A stretch of DNA of 64,000 nucleotides from an uncultured Clostridia bacterium (GCA_947626165.1 CANQRG010000003.1:8375-72374), one strand, 5' to 3'. Shown: positions 19,220 through 27,861, counted from the stretch's first letter. Numbers and translations are program-made. The notes: a model not told the origin generated them from the letters alone.

Positions 19220-20320
19220 TTAATCCAAATCCTTTGCTTTTTTAAAGCTTCCGGTGCTGCGTGAAGTTGTTCCAGCCGGATAACTTCTGTGTGGAGCTGC
19301 CGTAGCTTTTCCAGTTGGAGTATACCTGTGAGATCTGGTAGTATCCTTTATAACTCCGCTTCCCGAAACTGTCGTTGTTGTTCTCGAACTATAACCAACT
19401 TCCACAGGACGTTTCCACTCCCCGGACTTTGAATCTGAAACAGCACCAACAGGTGTTTTCATTGCTTCCTGTCTTAGCTTGAACAAAGAAATTGCAAATA
19501 GAATATACGCTGTGCACTCACAGCCTGCCGCTAATGCCAACGCCGGTGAAGGAACTAACATAAATAAAGCAGACAGTCCGGACAAACAACCGTATATATA
19601 CAGCATAACTCCGACAAAGGTCGGGATTTCTACAAGATTGTTATTATATTTGATGGAGTTTATAAGAGACATCAAAGTATTAATAACAAAGATTCCGAAT
19701 ATTAAATGAAGCACCAGATATCCAAGCACGAATAATGTTAATAATATCGTCGGTCCCTGAAATGCACTCGGGATATTCGGTATAAACATAATAGCGTAAA
19801 TTAATACCACTAAGACTAACAGCCCGTCAAGAACTGTTTTTATTATTTCAACAACTCTTATACCAATTAAAGCATTGATTTTTAATTCCGATTTTGAGAA
19901 CCTTGCATAAAAGCAATATATCATTCCAAATACGCAAATTATAATTGCAGGCAGATTTGAAATAAGAATCGCTGAAATTGAGTAATTTACGATACTTGAT
20001 AAAATTGCTTCTGATAGGTCGGATAAACCAAAAATCTCATTTGCCAATTCATTTTGAAAAATGCTCGTAGCTGAATTAACCATAAACATTACGCCAAGAA
20101 GCTGTAATAAAATATTTGCTGCATAAAATATCACAGCTGCTATTGAAACATTCGATCTTGCACAATTATTTATAGTGTCAATTAAAGGCGAATGTTTAAC
20201 ACTCTTACGAGCACTTCCGTCACCTTCCGATATAAAACTTTTAGGCCTTTCAAAACCGCACACTCTGCATCTCACCTCCTCCTCTCTATTTTTGGTTTCA
20301 CAATGATTGCATTTCCACAT
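19220..20320 (-). CDS. Zinc-ribbon protein with ~6-7 TM helices and a Ser/Thr/Arg-rich C-terminal tail
   Basis: MWKCNHCETKNREEEVRCRVCG, multiple long hydrophobic segments, tail SSRTTTTVSGSG...TTSRSTGS. Confidence 0.75.
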   Translation of the reverse strand: MWKCNHCETKNREEEVRCRVCGFERPKSFISEGDGSARKSVKHSPLIDTINNCARSNVSIAAVIFYAANILLQLLGVMFMVNSATSIFQNELANEIFGLSDLSEAILSSIVNYSISAILISNLPAIIICVFGMIYCFYARFSKSELKINALIGIRVVEIIKTVLDGLLVLVVLIYAIMFIPNIPSAFQGPTILLTLFVLGYLVLHLIFGIFVINTLMSLINSIKYNNNLVEIPTFVGVMLYIYGCLSGLSALFMLVPSPALALAAGCECTAYILFAISLFKLRQEAMKTPVGAVSDSKSGEWKRPVEVGYSSRTTTTVSGSGVIKDTTRSHRYTPTGKATAAPHRSYPAGTTSRSTGSFKKAKDLD

Positions 20321-20368
20321 ATGAATACGCTTCCTTTCTATTTTTAATCATAAATAAATGATTGATTT

Positions 20369-22270
20369 TTAAACTTTTTTTAACCTAATTTTTTTTGTTG
20401 TCCACTTTCCGTAGTACATTATATTGCCAACTATTTTATAAGCCCTTACACCGATGGTATATTTTTGATTAAATTTAAGCTTATAAGTAAAAGACTTTTT
20501 ATTTATTAATTTTTTCTTTGCCTTTTTAAATTTTTTCGTCAGGGCAATTTTATACTGATACCCTGTTGCGCCTTTTACCTTTTTCCATTTAACCTTTATT
20601 TTGTTAGTTTTAGGATTAAATGTATATGTAATTTTGGGCTTTCCCGGCTTTGTAACCTTTTTAGTATTTACTATATTAACAGGTTTTGTTATTGTATTGA
20701 CCTTAATTATGTTTGGTATTGTTATAGGTGTGTTTGTTGGGATTGTAGGATTCTTTGAAACTGTATTAGATGACTTAGTTAACGGAGTTTTTATTGTAAA
20801 CTTAACTTCTATCTTATCTGTAGCACTAAAGTATGGAGATATGCCATCCAGAGCATTAGGACATGGTGGTAATGAGTACAAGTTTATCAAATTTATTCTT
20901 AAGTTTCCATTTGCTTCAAAATCGCCAAAATAAATATCAGAATCTTTATACTTATAAAATTCTTTTCCATCTGTTATAATTGAAAGATTTGTAACGCTTA
21001 ATCCCTTACTAACTGCTAATGCTCTTGTAGCATCAAAATCTTCTTTTTTGCCTTTCTCTACGCCTACAGTTGTATTAGCACCAAATGCCTTTGCCATTCC
21101 AAGCATATCTATATAAAGACAAGTAATTCCGCTAGGAACTTGATCTACCCAGTTTTTGAAATCACTAACATTAATACCCAATGTATATGTTCCGCCTATC
21201 TCAGCTATAGGACCGCCGTATGTTTTATCGTTACCACGAGCGTCAAATGATATTGCAGAGTCACAATAGCTAAGCTGTGCATTGTATGTTGTTCCGGAAT
21301 AGGTCTTTGAAGATGATTGTGATTGACCTGGCTTACCAGCCTCAGGAGGTGCTCCAAGCATTAACTTGATATTTGAACCACCAGCAATATAAGCATCAGC
21401 ACATTTATAAATTACTGCAGTATTTATTGTAATACCATCATAAATATGAGGAAGTGTGTTTCCATAATCACTGTCTGATGCAATTTCTAAACCAACATCA
21501 AAAGTGTATGTATCATTTACTACGATTGAATTAACTTTAATTGTTATAGGATTTGGAGATGCCTCAATTACTCCAAGACCAGATAGAGAAATTAGAGGAG
21601 TAGAGAATTGTCTTTCAAGCTTAAAATCACCGCTTGTTCCAACTTCTAAACCAATAGACCTATTTGTTCCTTCAGGATCGCCAAAAGTAACTATTGTATC
21701 ACCACCTGATACTATTGTACAGTTATAATCAATAGACTCAAATGCCCCAGGCTGAGCAGGCGGATTTGGATGATCATAAACTGAAATCTTTGTAATAGCG
21801 CCTGAAGCATCAAGAGCAGATAATAAGAATGATGCAGACTCTCCTCTGTAATCCTCAGGAATAAGAACAGGTTCTCCAGACTTACCTATGCCAAAGTTAA
21901 CATCAGGAACAGTTCCACCTTTTCCATCATCTTTCTCTGTGTAAACTTGGAATGTACCGCCGTCACTGATCTCAACTTCAATAGATGGGTTTTTCATACC
22001 GGTCAAATCAATTTCTGAGATTTTAAGTTGCCAACCACTACCCCAATTTTCGACTAGCATACCACCTTTAGATGTTCCCTTATCAATTAGACCAGTCTGG
22101 TCTGAACCGGCTGGATCTTTGCCATCAACTCTTACCCATTTACCAGACCATTGAATAAATGCATTATCCGCCAATTCAGAAGCTGATGCGTATGTAAATG
22201 ATGCAATAGCAACAGATGACAATGCCATAATTGCTGCTGTCACACCTGATAGAAGTCTTTTTAACTTCAT
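20369..22270 (-). CDS. Secreted protein (633 aa) of unknown fold with a C-terminal Lys-rich Fn3-like module
   Basis: Signal peptide MKLKRLLSGVTAAIMALSSVAIA. The internal segment YNAQLSYCDS...GGTYTLGINV resembles the N-terminus of 25272-26105. The C-terminus is VKWKKVKGATGYQYKIA...YTIGVRAYK. Confidence 0.8.
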   Translation of the reverse strand: MKLKRLLSGVTAAIMALSSVAIASFTYASASELADNAFIQWSGKWVRVDGKDPAGSDQTGLIDKGTSKGGMLVENWGSGWQLKISEIDLTGMKNPSIEVEISDGGTFQVYTEKDDGKGGTVPDVNFGIGKSGEPVLIPEDYRGESASFLLSALDASGAITKISVYDHPNPPAQPGAFESIDYNCTIVSGGDTIVTFGDPEGTNRSIGLEVGTSGDFKLERQFSTPLISLSGLGVIEASPNPITIKVNSIVVNDTYTFDVGLEIASDSDYGNTLPHIYDGITINTAVIYKCADAYIAGGSNIKLMLGAPPEAGKPGQSQSSSKTYSGTTYNAQLSYCDSAISFDARGNDKTYGGPIAEIGGTYTLGINVSDFKNWVDQVPSGITCLYIDMLGMAKAFGANTTVGVEKGKKEDFDATRALAVSKGLSVTNLSIITDGKEFYKYKDSDIYFGDFEANGNLRINLINLYSLPPCPNALDGISPYFSATDKIEVKFTIKTPLTKSSNTVSKNPTIPTNTPITIPNIIKVNTITKPVNIVNTKKVTKPGKPKITYTFNPKTNKIKVKWKKVKGATGYQYKIALTKKFKKAKKKLINKKSFTYKLKFNQKYTIGVRAYKIVGNIMYYGKWTTKKIRLKKV

Positions 22271-22321
22271 TTTGAATTCCTCCTAATTCTACTTTTATTA
22301 ACTTTAATTAAACTCTGCTTA

Positions 22322-23005
22322 TTAATATTCCTCAATAATCACCATTTCTGTTTTCTTCTTTGTTTGCGGTTTTACATATGTATTAGTATACGTTTGATAG
22401 GCTCTTGTGTTTTGCACAGTTGTTTCAGGCTGTTTTGTGGTTGTAGTTGTTGCTTTAGTCGCTTTCTGCTTGTCTTTAACCAAATTGTCCTTATGAACAT
22501 AGCCTGTCTTGCCTTTGTATTTAACCTTCCATAAACTATTATCATCTTTGCTTATCAATGTTACTTTTATTGCCTTTTTACCGTTAGGACTAAACCGTGT
22601 TATAACTTCACTGTCTGTATTGGGTTCTCTATACATTGCAACATATTCTTTTTCTGAATTATATTTTATGTAATACGGTTCGTTCAAAATAATTTCAATT
22701 GTTGTATTTTGCGTCGTTGTTGTTGTGTTTGTGCTAACTGCATTACCAGTTGTGCTGTCCGGTTTGGGTGTTTCTGTGTGTCTGTAAGTAAAAACTGTCG
22801 CTAAACAAATAGCTCCGGTAATTAGTGCTGTTACCAAAATAATTATTACGATTATTAAAGGTCTCGTACTTTTTACAGATTCGCTTTTTATATCAGCTGT
22901 ATCGGTTTCAATAATAGCTTCATCTCCATCAAATGCATTATCACATACCGGACAAACACTTACATTATCTTCTACTTCAGTTTCACAAATTTTACATATC
23001 TTCAT
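22322..23005 (-). CDS. Zinc-ribbon / single-TM protein with an SH3b-like domain
   Basis: MKICKICETEVEDNVSVCPVCDN, TM segment LIIVIIILVTALITGAICLATVF, poly-Thr, LNEPYYIKYNSEKEYVAMY...WKVKYKGKTGYVHKDNL. Confidence 0.8.
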   Translation of the reverse strand: MKICKICETEVEDNVSVCPVCDNAFDGDEAIIETDTADIKSESVKSTRPLIIVIIILVTALITGAICLATVFTYRHTETPKPDSTTGNAVSTNTTTTTQNTTIEIILNEPYYIKYNSEKEYVAMYREPNTDSEVITRFSPNGKKAIKVTLISKDDNSLWKVKYKGKTGYVHKDNLVKDKQKATKATTTTTKQPETTVQNTRAYQTYTNTYVKPQTKKKTEMVIIEEY

Positions 23006-23027
23006 ATAAACCTCTAAATTTAATTAA

Positions 23028-24149
23028 TTATATTGAAAGACTCAATATCTTACTGTACTTTCCGAATATCTTTTTACCTTTTTTCTTTTTATAAGCCCTT
23101 ACTTTAATGTAATACTTATTGCTGTAAAGATTTTTTAATGCGACCCGCTTCTTCTTGGTAAATTTTTTGATTGAATAGAAAAAGCTTTTATTTGTAGCTA
23201 CTTTTACTTGATAGCCCTTAGCGCCTTTGACCTTCTTCCACGAAATACGTGCTGTCCTTCTTCCAATTTTTGTTATTTTCAATCCCTTGACTTTTGCAGG
23301 CTTTTTAACGGAAGACTTCTTCTTTGAAGTCGACTTTTTTGATTTGCTTGACGATGACGACTTCTTAGATGTACTCTGCGGATTGAATTTTAGTACGTAT
23401 TTGCAGTCGCTGTAATCCCTGCTTATTCTTACATAATATGTACCCTTATTTAAGACGCTTGTAACTTTTAATGTCTCATTTGAATAGCTTGTATCGTCCC
23501 AGCCAATATCTATTTTATTTAAGTTGTTGTCATACAATGTAAAATCTGTACTGCTATCATAAGACGTTAGGTAGAAACTGTATACAGTCATTTTGCTTAC
23601 ATTAATTTTATAGTAATCATACTCATCATATTTTAGTTTTGTTATCGTACCGGTAATTGTTGAACCGTTGCTTACAGATTGAGCTTGTAAATATGTATCG
23701 TTAGGCTCTATTTCATTTGAACCTGCAGATGCAAAGCTGGCTTTTACTCTGTAGCTTGCTTGCGTGTCCGACCAATAATCTTCTGATACTCTAACATAAT
23801 AAGTACCTTTTTCCAACCAGCTTGTAAACGTACCATTTTTAGGATCGCCGCCGCTGCCATATAAGCCGTAATCATCTATAGTATTGTAATCACTATCTAA
23901 TATTTCAAAATATAAATCCCCGAAAGATTGCATATCAATAGTTAATTTTCCTGTTGCTGTAGTATATATAGGATGATAGTCATATTCATTTATATCTTCA
24001 TAATATCCTACATAGCCATCTCTCCAAACACCATTAGTCGCAAGCGCCGAGTAGTCATTTCTAATATCATCTGCACCTGCCGGCACAACACCAAGCAATC
24101 CCACAAGCATAATCAATGTTAAAATTATACTGAATATTTTTCTCTTCAT
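23028..24149 (-). CDS. Secreted protein with two PPC (pre-peptidase C-terminal)-like domains and a C-terminal Lys-rich Fn3-like module
   Basis: Signal peptide. EIEPNDTYLQAQSV..GSTITGTI...DYYKINV is a PPC-like pattern and GTYYVR occurs twice. S/K linker, then ISWKKVKGAKGYQVKVA...YYIKVRAYK. Confidence 0.75.
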   Translation of the reverse strand: MKRKIFSIILTLIMLVGLLGVVPAGADDIRNDYSALATNGVWRDGYVGYYEDINEYDYHPIYTTATGKLTIDMQSFGDLYFEILDSDYNTIDDYGLYGSGGDPKNGTFTSWLEKGTYYVRVSEDYWSDTQASYRVKASFASAGSNEIEPNDTYLQAQSVSNGSTITGTITKLKYDEYDYYKINVSKMTVYSFYLTSYDSSTDFTLYDNNLNKIDIGWDDTSYSNETLKVTSVLNKGTYYVRISRDYSDCKYVLKFNPQSTSKKSSSSSKSKKSTSKKKSSVKKPAKVKGLKITKIGRRTARISWKKVKGAKGYQVKVATNKSFFYSIKKFTKKKRVALKNLYSNKYYIKVRAYKKKKGKKIFGKYSKILSLSI

Positions 24150-24236
24150 TTGTTTTACCCCCTACAAATTATGATTTTCAAAAAACTACCTTACTTTAAA
24201 TACTAATTTATTAAAAATATTGTAAAACTTAAAATT

Positions 24237-24266
24237 ATTATAATGTAATTTGATATTTATTGTCAA
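24237..24266 (-). promoter_or_regulatory. Near-consensus sigma-A promoter for the 12-gene minus-strand cluster
   Basis: The minus strand reads TTGACA, 18 bp spacer, TATAAT, about 90 nt upstream of the start at 24149. Confidence 0.6.
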
Positions 24267-24324
24267 TACTAAATTTGTTAAATTTCATAATTTTTACTTT
24301 AAATTATAAAAATTTCATTATTAC

Positions 24325-24353
24325 TTGTAAAAAACAACTTTTCTGGTTATAAT
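24325..24353 (+). promoter_or_regulatory. Sigma-A promoter of the SDR gene
   Basis: TTGTAA, 17 bp spacer, TATAAT, 31 nt upstream of the ATG at 24385. Confidence 0.55.
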
Positions 24354-24384
24354 AATTACAAACAATTTGAAAGAAGGACTTTCT

Positions 24385-25143
24385 ATGAAAACCGCACTTG
24401 TAACAGGAGCCAGTTCTGGAATTGGATATGAAATGGCACGAGTTTTAAGCCACTTAGGATACGAGCTTATTCTGGTTGCCCGCCGTGAAAGCAGACTTTT
24501 GAAACTTCAAAAGCTTCTCAAAACACACTCTGAAATCATTACCTGCGACTTATCTAAAGAGGAAGATTGCAAGGAACTATATAAAAAGGTCAAGGAAAAG
24601 GATATCTCTGTACTTATTAATAACGCAGGCTTTGGTCTTTGCGGTAACTTTACAGAAACAGACTTAGATAAAGAGCTTTCAATGATAAACGTAAATATTA
24701 AGGCTGTTCATATTCTTACAAAGCTGTTTCTAAAAGATTTTGTCAAGAAAGACGACGGTTATATTCTTAATGTCGCCTCATCGGCAGGACTGATGGCAGG
24801 CGGTCCTCTTATGGCAACCTACTACGCGACAAAAGGATATGTAGTGGATCTGACGCGTGCAATAAACACAGAGCTTGCCGATATGGGAAGCAACGTATAT
24901 ATAGGCGCATTATGCCCCGGACCTGTCGATACTGAATTCAGCAAGGTTGCCGACGTTAAATTTGAGATGAAAGGAATAGATAAAAAATACTGTGCCAAAT
25001 ATGCTCTTTACAATATGTTTGAAAACCGTAAAATGATAATTGTTCCAACCGCCGGTATTAAACTTTCGGTATGCGCTTCTAAATTTGTGCCAACTCGTCC
25101 GCTTCTTGAAATAACAAAGCGAATTCAAAAAAGAAAGCGATGA
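24385..25143 (+). CDS. Short-chain dehydrogenase/reductase
   Basis: Start moved to the ATG at 24385 (GAAGGA RBS). TALVTGASSGIGYEMA, NNAG, YYATKGY (Y-x3-K). Confidence 0.85.
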   Translation: MKTALVTGASSGIGYEMARVLSHLGYELILVARRESRLLKLQKLLKTHSEIITCDLSKEEDCKELYKKVKEKDISVLINNAGFGLCGNFTETDLDKELSMINVNIKAVHILTKLFLKDFVKKDDGYILNVASSAGLMAGGPLMATYYATKGYVVDLTRAINTELADMGSNVYIGALCPGPVDTEFSKVADVKFEMKGIDKKYCAKYALYNMFENRKMIIVPTAGIKLSVCASKFVPTRPLLEITKRIQKRKR

Positions 25144-25271
25144 AATCAACATTTAATTGTGAAAAATAGATAATATTCTATTACTTTTTTTGGCTATTTA
25201 GTACATTGAATAATAGGTGCGATTGTAGTAAAATGTATAGTGTAAAATAATATGAAAAGGAGTTTTCGAAT

Positions 25272-26105
25272 ATGAAACTTAAAAGAATTTTTGCAGGAGT
25301 AGCTGCTGCTGCATTGGCAGCTTCAACTTGTGCAAGCTTTTCAGCTTCTGCAGCTGAAAGTTACAACGCTTTTTTGATGTTTGGAGATCATAACTGGTTA
25401 TGGAAAAGTATGAATGCTCAAGCAGGTGTTGGAACAGGAGCTTCAGAAGTTGCTGCTTACGGTGTTGACGCACAGGTTACAAAGGATGGTACATATACAG
25501 TTTCCATCACAAGCGATTCTGTTGACAAGAACGCTGAAGGCGACAACCCACAAGGAAAAGGCGGAACTGATGCGGCTACAGGTGCAGTTGTATTCTGTGT
25601 TGATATCACAGGTATTTTAAAATGTAAAGACTTCAATGCTAAAGATGAGTTGAAAAATGGTGTTACAAAACCAGGTCCATACTCAGAAGATGATATCAAG
25701 TGTAAATTAAAGAGCATCAAACAAGACGGTAAAGAGTTAAAATTTGATGCAAGCAAAATTATTTATGGAAACATTGAGGATCAGAACTCCAACTACAGAA
25801 TTGAGATTTATAACACATACGGTAAAACAAAGGATAATCCTCCTATTGACACATCTCAAATCGTTTGGTCAAAGAGCTTAGACGTTACTTTTGAGATTTC
25901 AGGTCTTAAGGGCGACGGCACAGAAAAAGCTGCTAAGACAAATGATTCTGCTGCAACCACACAGGCTGCTGCAGTAGGCGGCGGAGCAGATACTACTGCT
26001 TCTAATACAACATCAAATACAAATACCGGTGCAGAGACAGGTCTTGCTCTTATAGGTCTTGCTCTTGCAGGCGGTGCAATCGTTCTCACAAAGAAGAGAA
26101 AGTAA
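25272..26105 (+). CDS. Secreted or cell-surface protein with a C-terminal TM plus basic tail but no LPXTG
   Basis: Signal peptide MKLKRIFAGVAAAALAAS. The C-terminus is NTGAETGLALIGLALAGGAIVLTKKRK. Confidence 0.8.
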   Translation: MKLKRIFAGVAAAALAASTCASFSASAAESYNAFLMFGDHNWLWKSMNAQAGVGTGASEVAAYGVDAQVTKDGTYTVSITSDSVDKNAEGDNPQGKGGTDAATGAVVFCVDITGILKCKDFNAKDELKNGVTKPGPYSEDDIKCKLKSIKQDGKELKFDASKIIYGNIEDQNSNYRIEIYNTYGKTKDNPPIDTSQIVWSKSLDVTFEISGLKGDGTEKAAKTNDSAATTQAAAVGGGADTTASNTTSNTNTGAETGLALIGLALAGGAIVLTKKRK

Positions 26106-26165
26106 TAAAATTGCATAATACGCATAAGAAATAAAAAGGATCTCGAAAGAGGTCCTTTTACTTTT

Positions 26166-26447
26166 AGAAGCAAGACCAGCGTGACGCTGGTTGCCCTGCT
26201 GCCTTTGGACAGTTTGCAAAATGTGTTCACTTTGTGCAACGGCAGACTAGTACCTAGAAACAAGAAGCAAGAGGCAAGAAGCAAGACCAGCGTGACGCTG
26301 GCTGCCCTGCTGCCTTTGGGCAGTTTGCAGTATGTGTTCACTTTATACAACGGCAGGCTAGTATCAAAAAACAAAAAACAAGAAGCAAGAGGCAAGACCA
26401 CCGAGTCGGTGGTGTCCATTGTCAATTTTCAATTATCAATTTTTATA
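26166..26447 (+). repeat. Two tandem units (~111 nt period) plus a third partial unit of the intergenic repeat family
   Basis: agaagcaagaccagcgtgacgctgg(t/c)tgccctgctgcctttgg.cagtttgca..atgtgttcacttt...caacggcag.ctagta occurs twice (ctgctgcct at 26196 and 26307). It ends with gaccaccgagtcggtggt and ttgtcaattttcaattatcaat. Confidence 0.85.
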
Positions 26448-26460
26448 AAATAAATCTTGT

Positions 26461-26489
26461 TTGACAATGTTAAAAAAGTATGCTATACT
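26461..26489 (+). promoter_or_regulatory. rnpB promoter
   Basis: TTGACA, 17 bp spacer, TATACT, ending 6 nt before the predicted RNA 5' end. Confidence 0.7.
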
Positions 26490-26495
26490 TCCCTT

Positions 26496-26837
26496 GCGAG
26501 TAAGCTATGCGGTAGCTGGACGGCGTTACGTTCAGAGGAAAGTCCGAGCATCACAGAGCAGGATAGCTGCTAACGGCAGCCGAGGGCGACCTTAGGGCTA
26601 GTGCAACAGAAATATACCGCCTTTTATGAGGTAAGGTTGGAATGGTGAGGTAAGAGCTCACCGGAATGCGGGAGACCGCATTGCCATGTAAACCCTATCC
26701 GATGCAACTCCAATGGTAAGTACAAAGTCAATGGCTGCTCGTCAGGCTTTGGCTTATAGGGGGCTTGAGCCTTATGGTGACATAAGGTCTAGATAGATTA
26801 CCGTACACGACAAAACTCGGCTTATCGGCTTAGTCGC
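26496..26837 (+). ncRNA. rnpB: RNase P RNA (bacterial)
   Basis: Universal elements are present: GAGGAAAGTCCG, CAACAGAAA, AGATAGAT and ACAAAACTCGGCTTA. P1 pairs gcgagtaagc with gcttagtcgc. Confidence 0.93.
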
Positions 26838-26850
26838 ATAAATAAAATGT

Positions 26851-26882
26851 AAAGACCTGACAAATTTTTGTCAGGTCTTTTT
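26851..26882 (+). terminator. rnpB terminator
   Basis: aaagacctgaca-aattttt-tgtcaggtcttt followed by a T-run. Confidence 0.85.
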
Positions 26883-27048
26883 CATCTATATAATTTTGCA
26901 GTACATTATATTTATTGTTATAAATGTATAATATGACACATAAAAGTAGTTTCAAAATGTAATATAATGAGAATGCTAAAAAAGTTTATTAAAATTTTAT
27001 ACAAAACACCCTACCGCATCAATACCGCAGAGAAAATTATTGTAAATA

Positions 27049-27861
27049 CTAAAAAATAATGTAATCCTTTACCCGATTATACTCGCTTTTCCCTATTGTA
27101 TACATCAACTCAAGTGAACTGGTGAATTGCCCTCCAATTCTATTTCGCAAATCTATTATCTTTTCAACTTGCTCTTCATCAAGCAGTAAACATTCTCTAA
27201 GTTCTTCTTTACTTGCGGTGTTTATATTAACCACTTTCATCTGCTTTACTTCTGTTGTTGTTTTACCGGAAGCTTTTGATGTTTTGCGCTTTGTGGTTTT
27301 TGTTTTAGATATTTTTAACGTGATTTGATTATTAGCAGTTTTTGAAGTCTCCTCAAAATCTTTAAACTTGTCACCGGATACGTATAAATAATCTCTTAGC
27401 TTCTCATATGTAGCATCGCCTATTCCGTTAATATCCTTTAGCTGAAGTAAGTTTGAATAGTATTTTATCTTCTTTCTGTGAGATAAAATCTTCTTTGCCG
27501 TAACCTCCCCGACTCCATCTATCTGCATCAACTCATCTTTAGTAGCTTTATTAATATCCAGTGGAAATTTTATTGAGGTTGCAGTAGTTGTAGTTTTCTT
27601 CGGCGAAGATGTCGATGTGGATCTTTTTCTAGTGCGATTCTCTGTCTTCTTTTTAGATTCTTTTGTATCTGCTGTATTATTTTTACTTTCCTGTGATGTC
27701 TCTGTACTTTCACCAGTTTCTGAATCCTCCGATACGCTGGTTATTAACTTTATAGAGGAAGATTCATCATTACTATCTATGGTCAAAAGAACAATTGCGC
27801 AAGACGATATAACCAAAATCAAAAAAGCTATTAGTGCATATTTGAAATTAATTTTAATCAC
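27049..27861 (-). CDS. ComEA-like membrane-anchored protein with two helix-hairpin-helix DNA-binding modules
   Basis: N-terminal TM segment. INKATKDELMQIDGVGEVTAKKIL and NINTASKEELREC...VEKII HhH motifs, separated by K/T-rich linkers. Confidence 0.75.
   Translation of the reverse strand: MIKINFKYALIAFLILVISSCAIVLLTIDSNDESSSIKLITSVSEDSETGESTETSQESKNNTADTKESKKKTENRTRKRSTSTSSPKKTTTTATSIKFPLDINKATKDELMQIDGVGEVTAKKILSHRKKIKYYSNLLQLKDINGIGDATYEKLRDYLYVSGDKFKDFEETSKTANNQITLKISKTKTTKRKTSKASGKTTTEVKQMKVVNINTASKEELRECLLLDEEQVEKIIDLRNRIGGQFTSSLELMYTIGKSEYNRVKDYIIF

Noticed and set aside
10172-24149. LPXTG sortase signals, SLH or choline-binding repeats in the surface proteins of the cluster
   Set aside because: I read the C-termini and repeat regions by eye and saw none. 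Anchoring therefore remains unexplained (see the Fn3-tail finding).
25856-26453. A 189-aa minus-strand ORF (25856-26425) and a 90-aa plus-strand ORF (26181-26453)
   Set aside because: Both lie in the tandem intergenic repeats, and their internal amino-acid repeats simply mirror the DNA repeats. The 189-aa ORF also runs antisense into the 3' end of a well-supported gene. Neither has an RBS.
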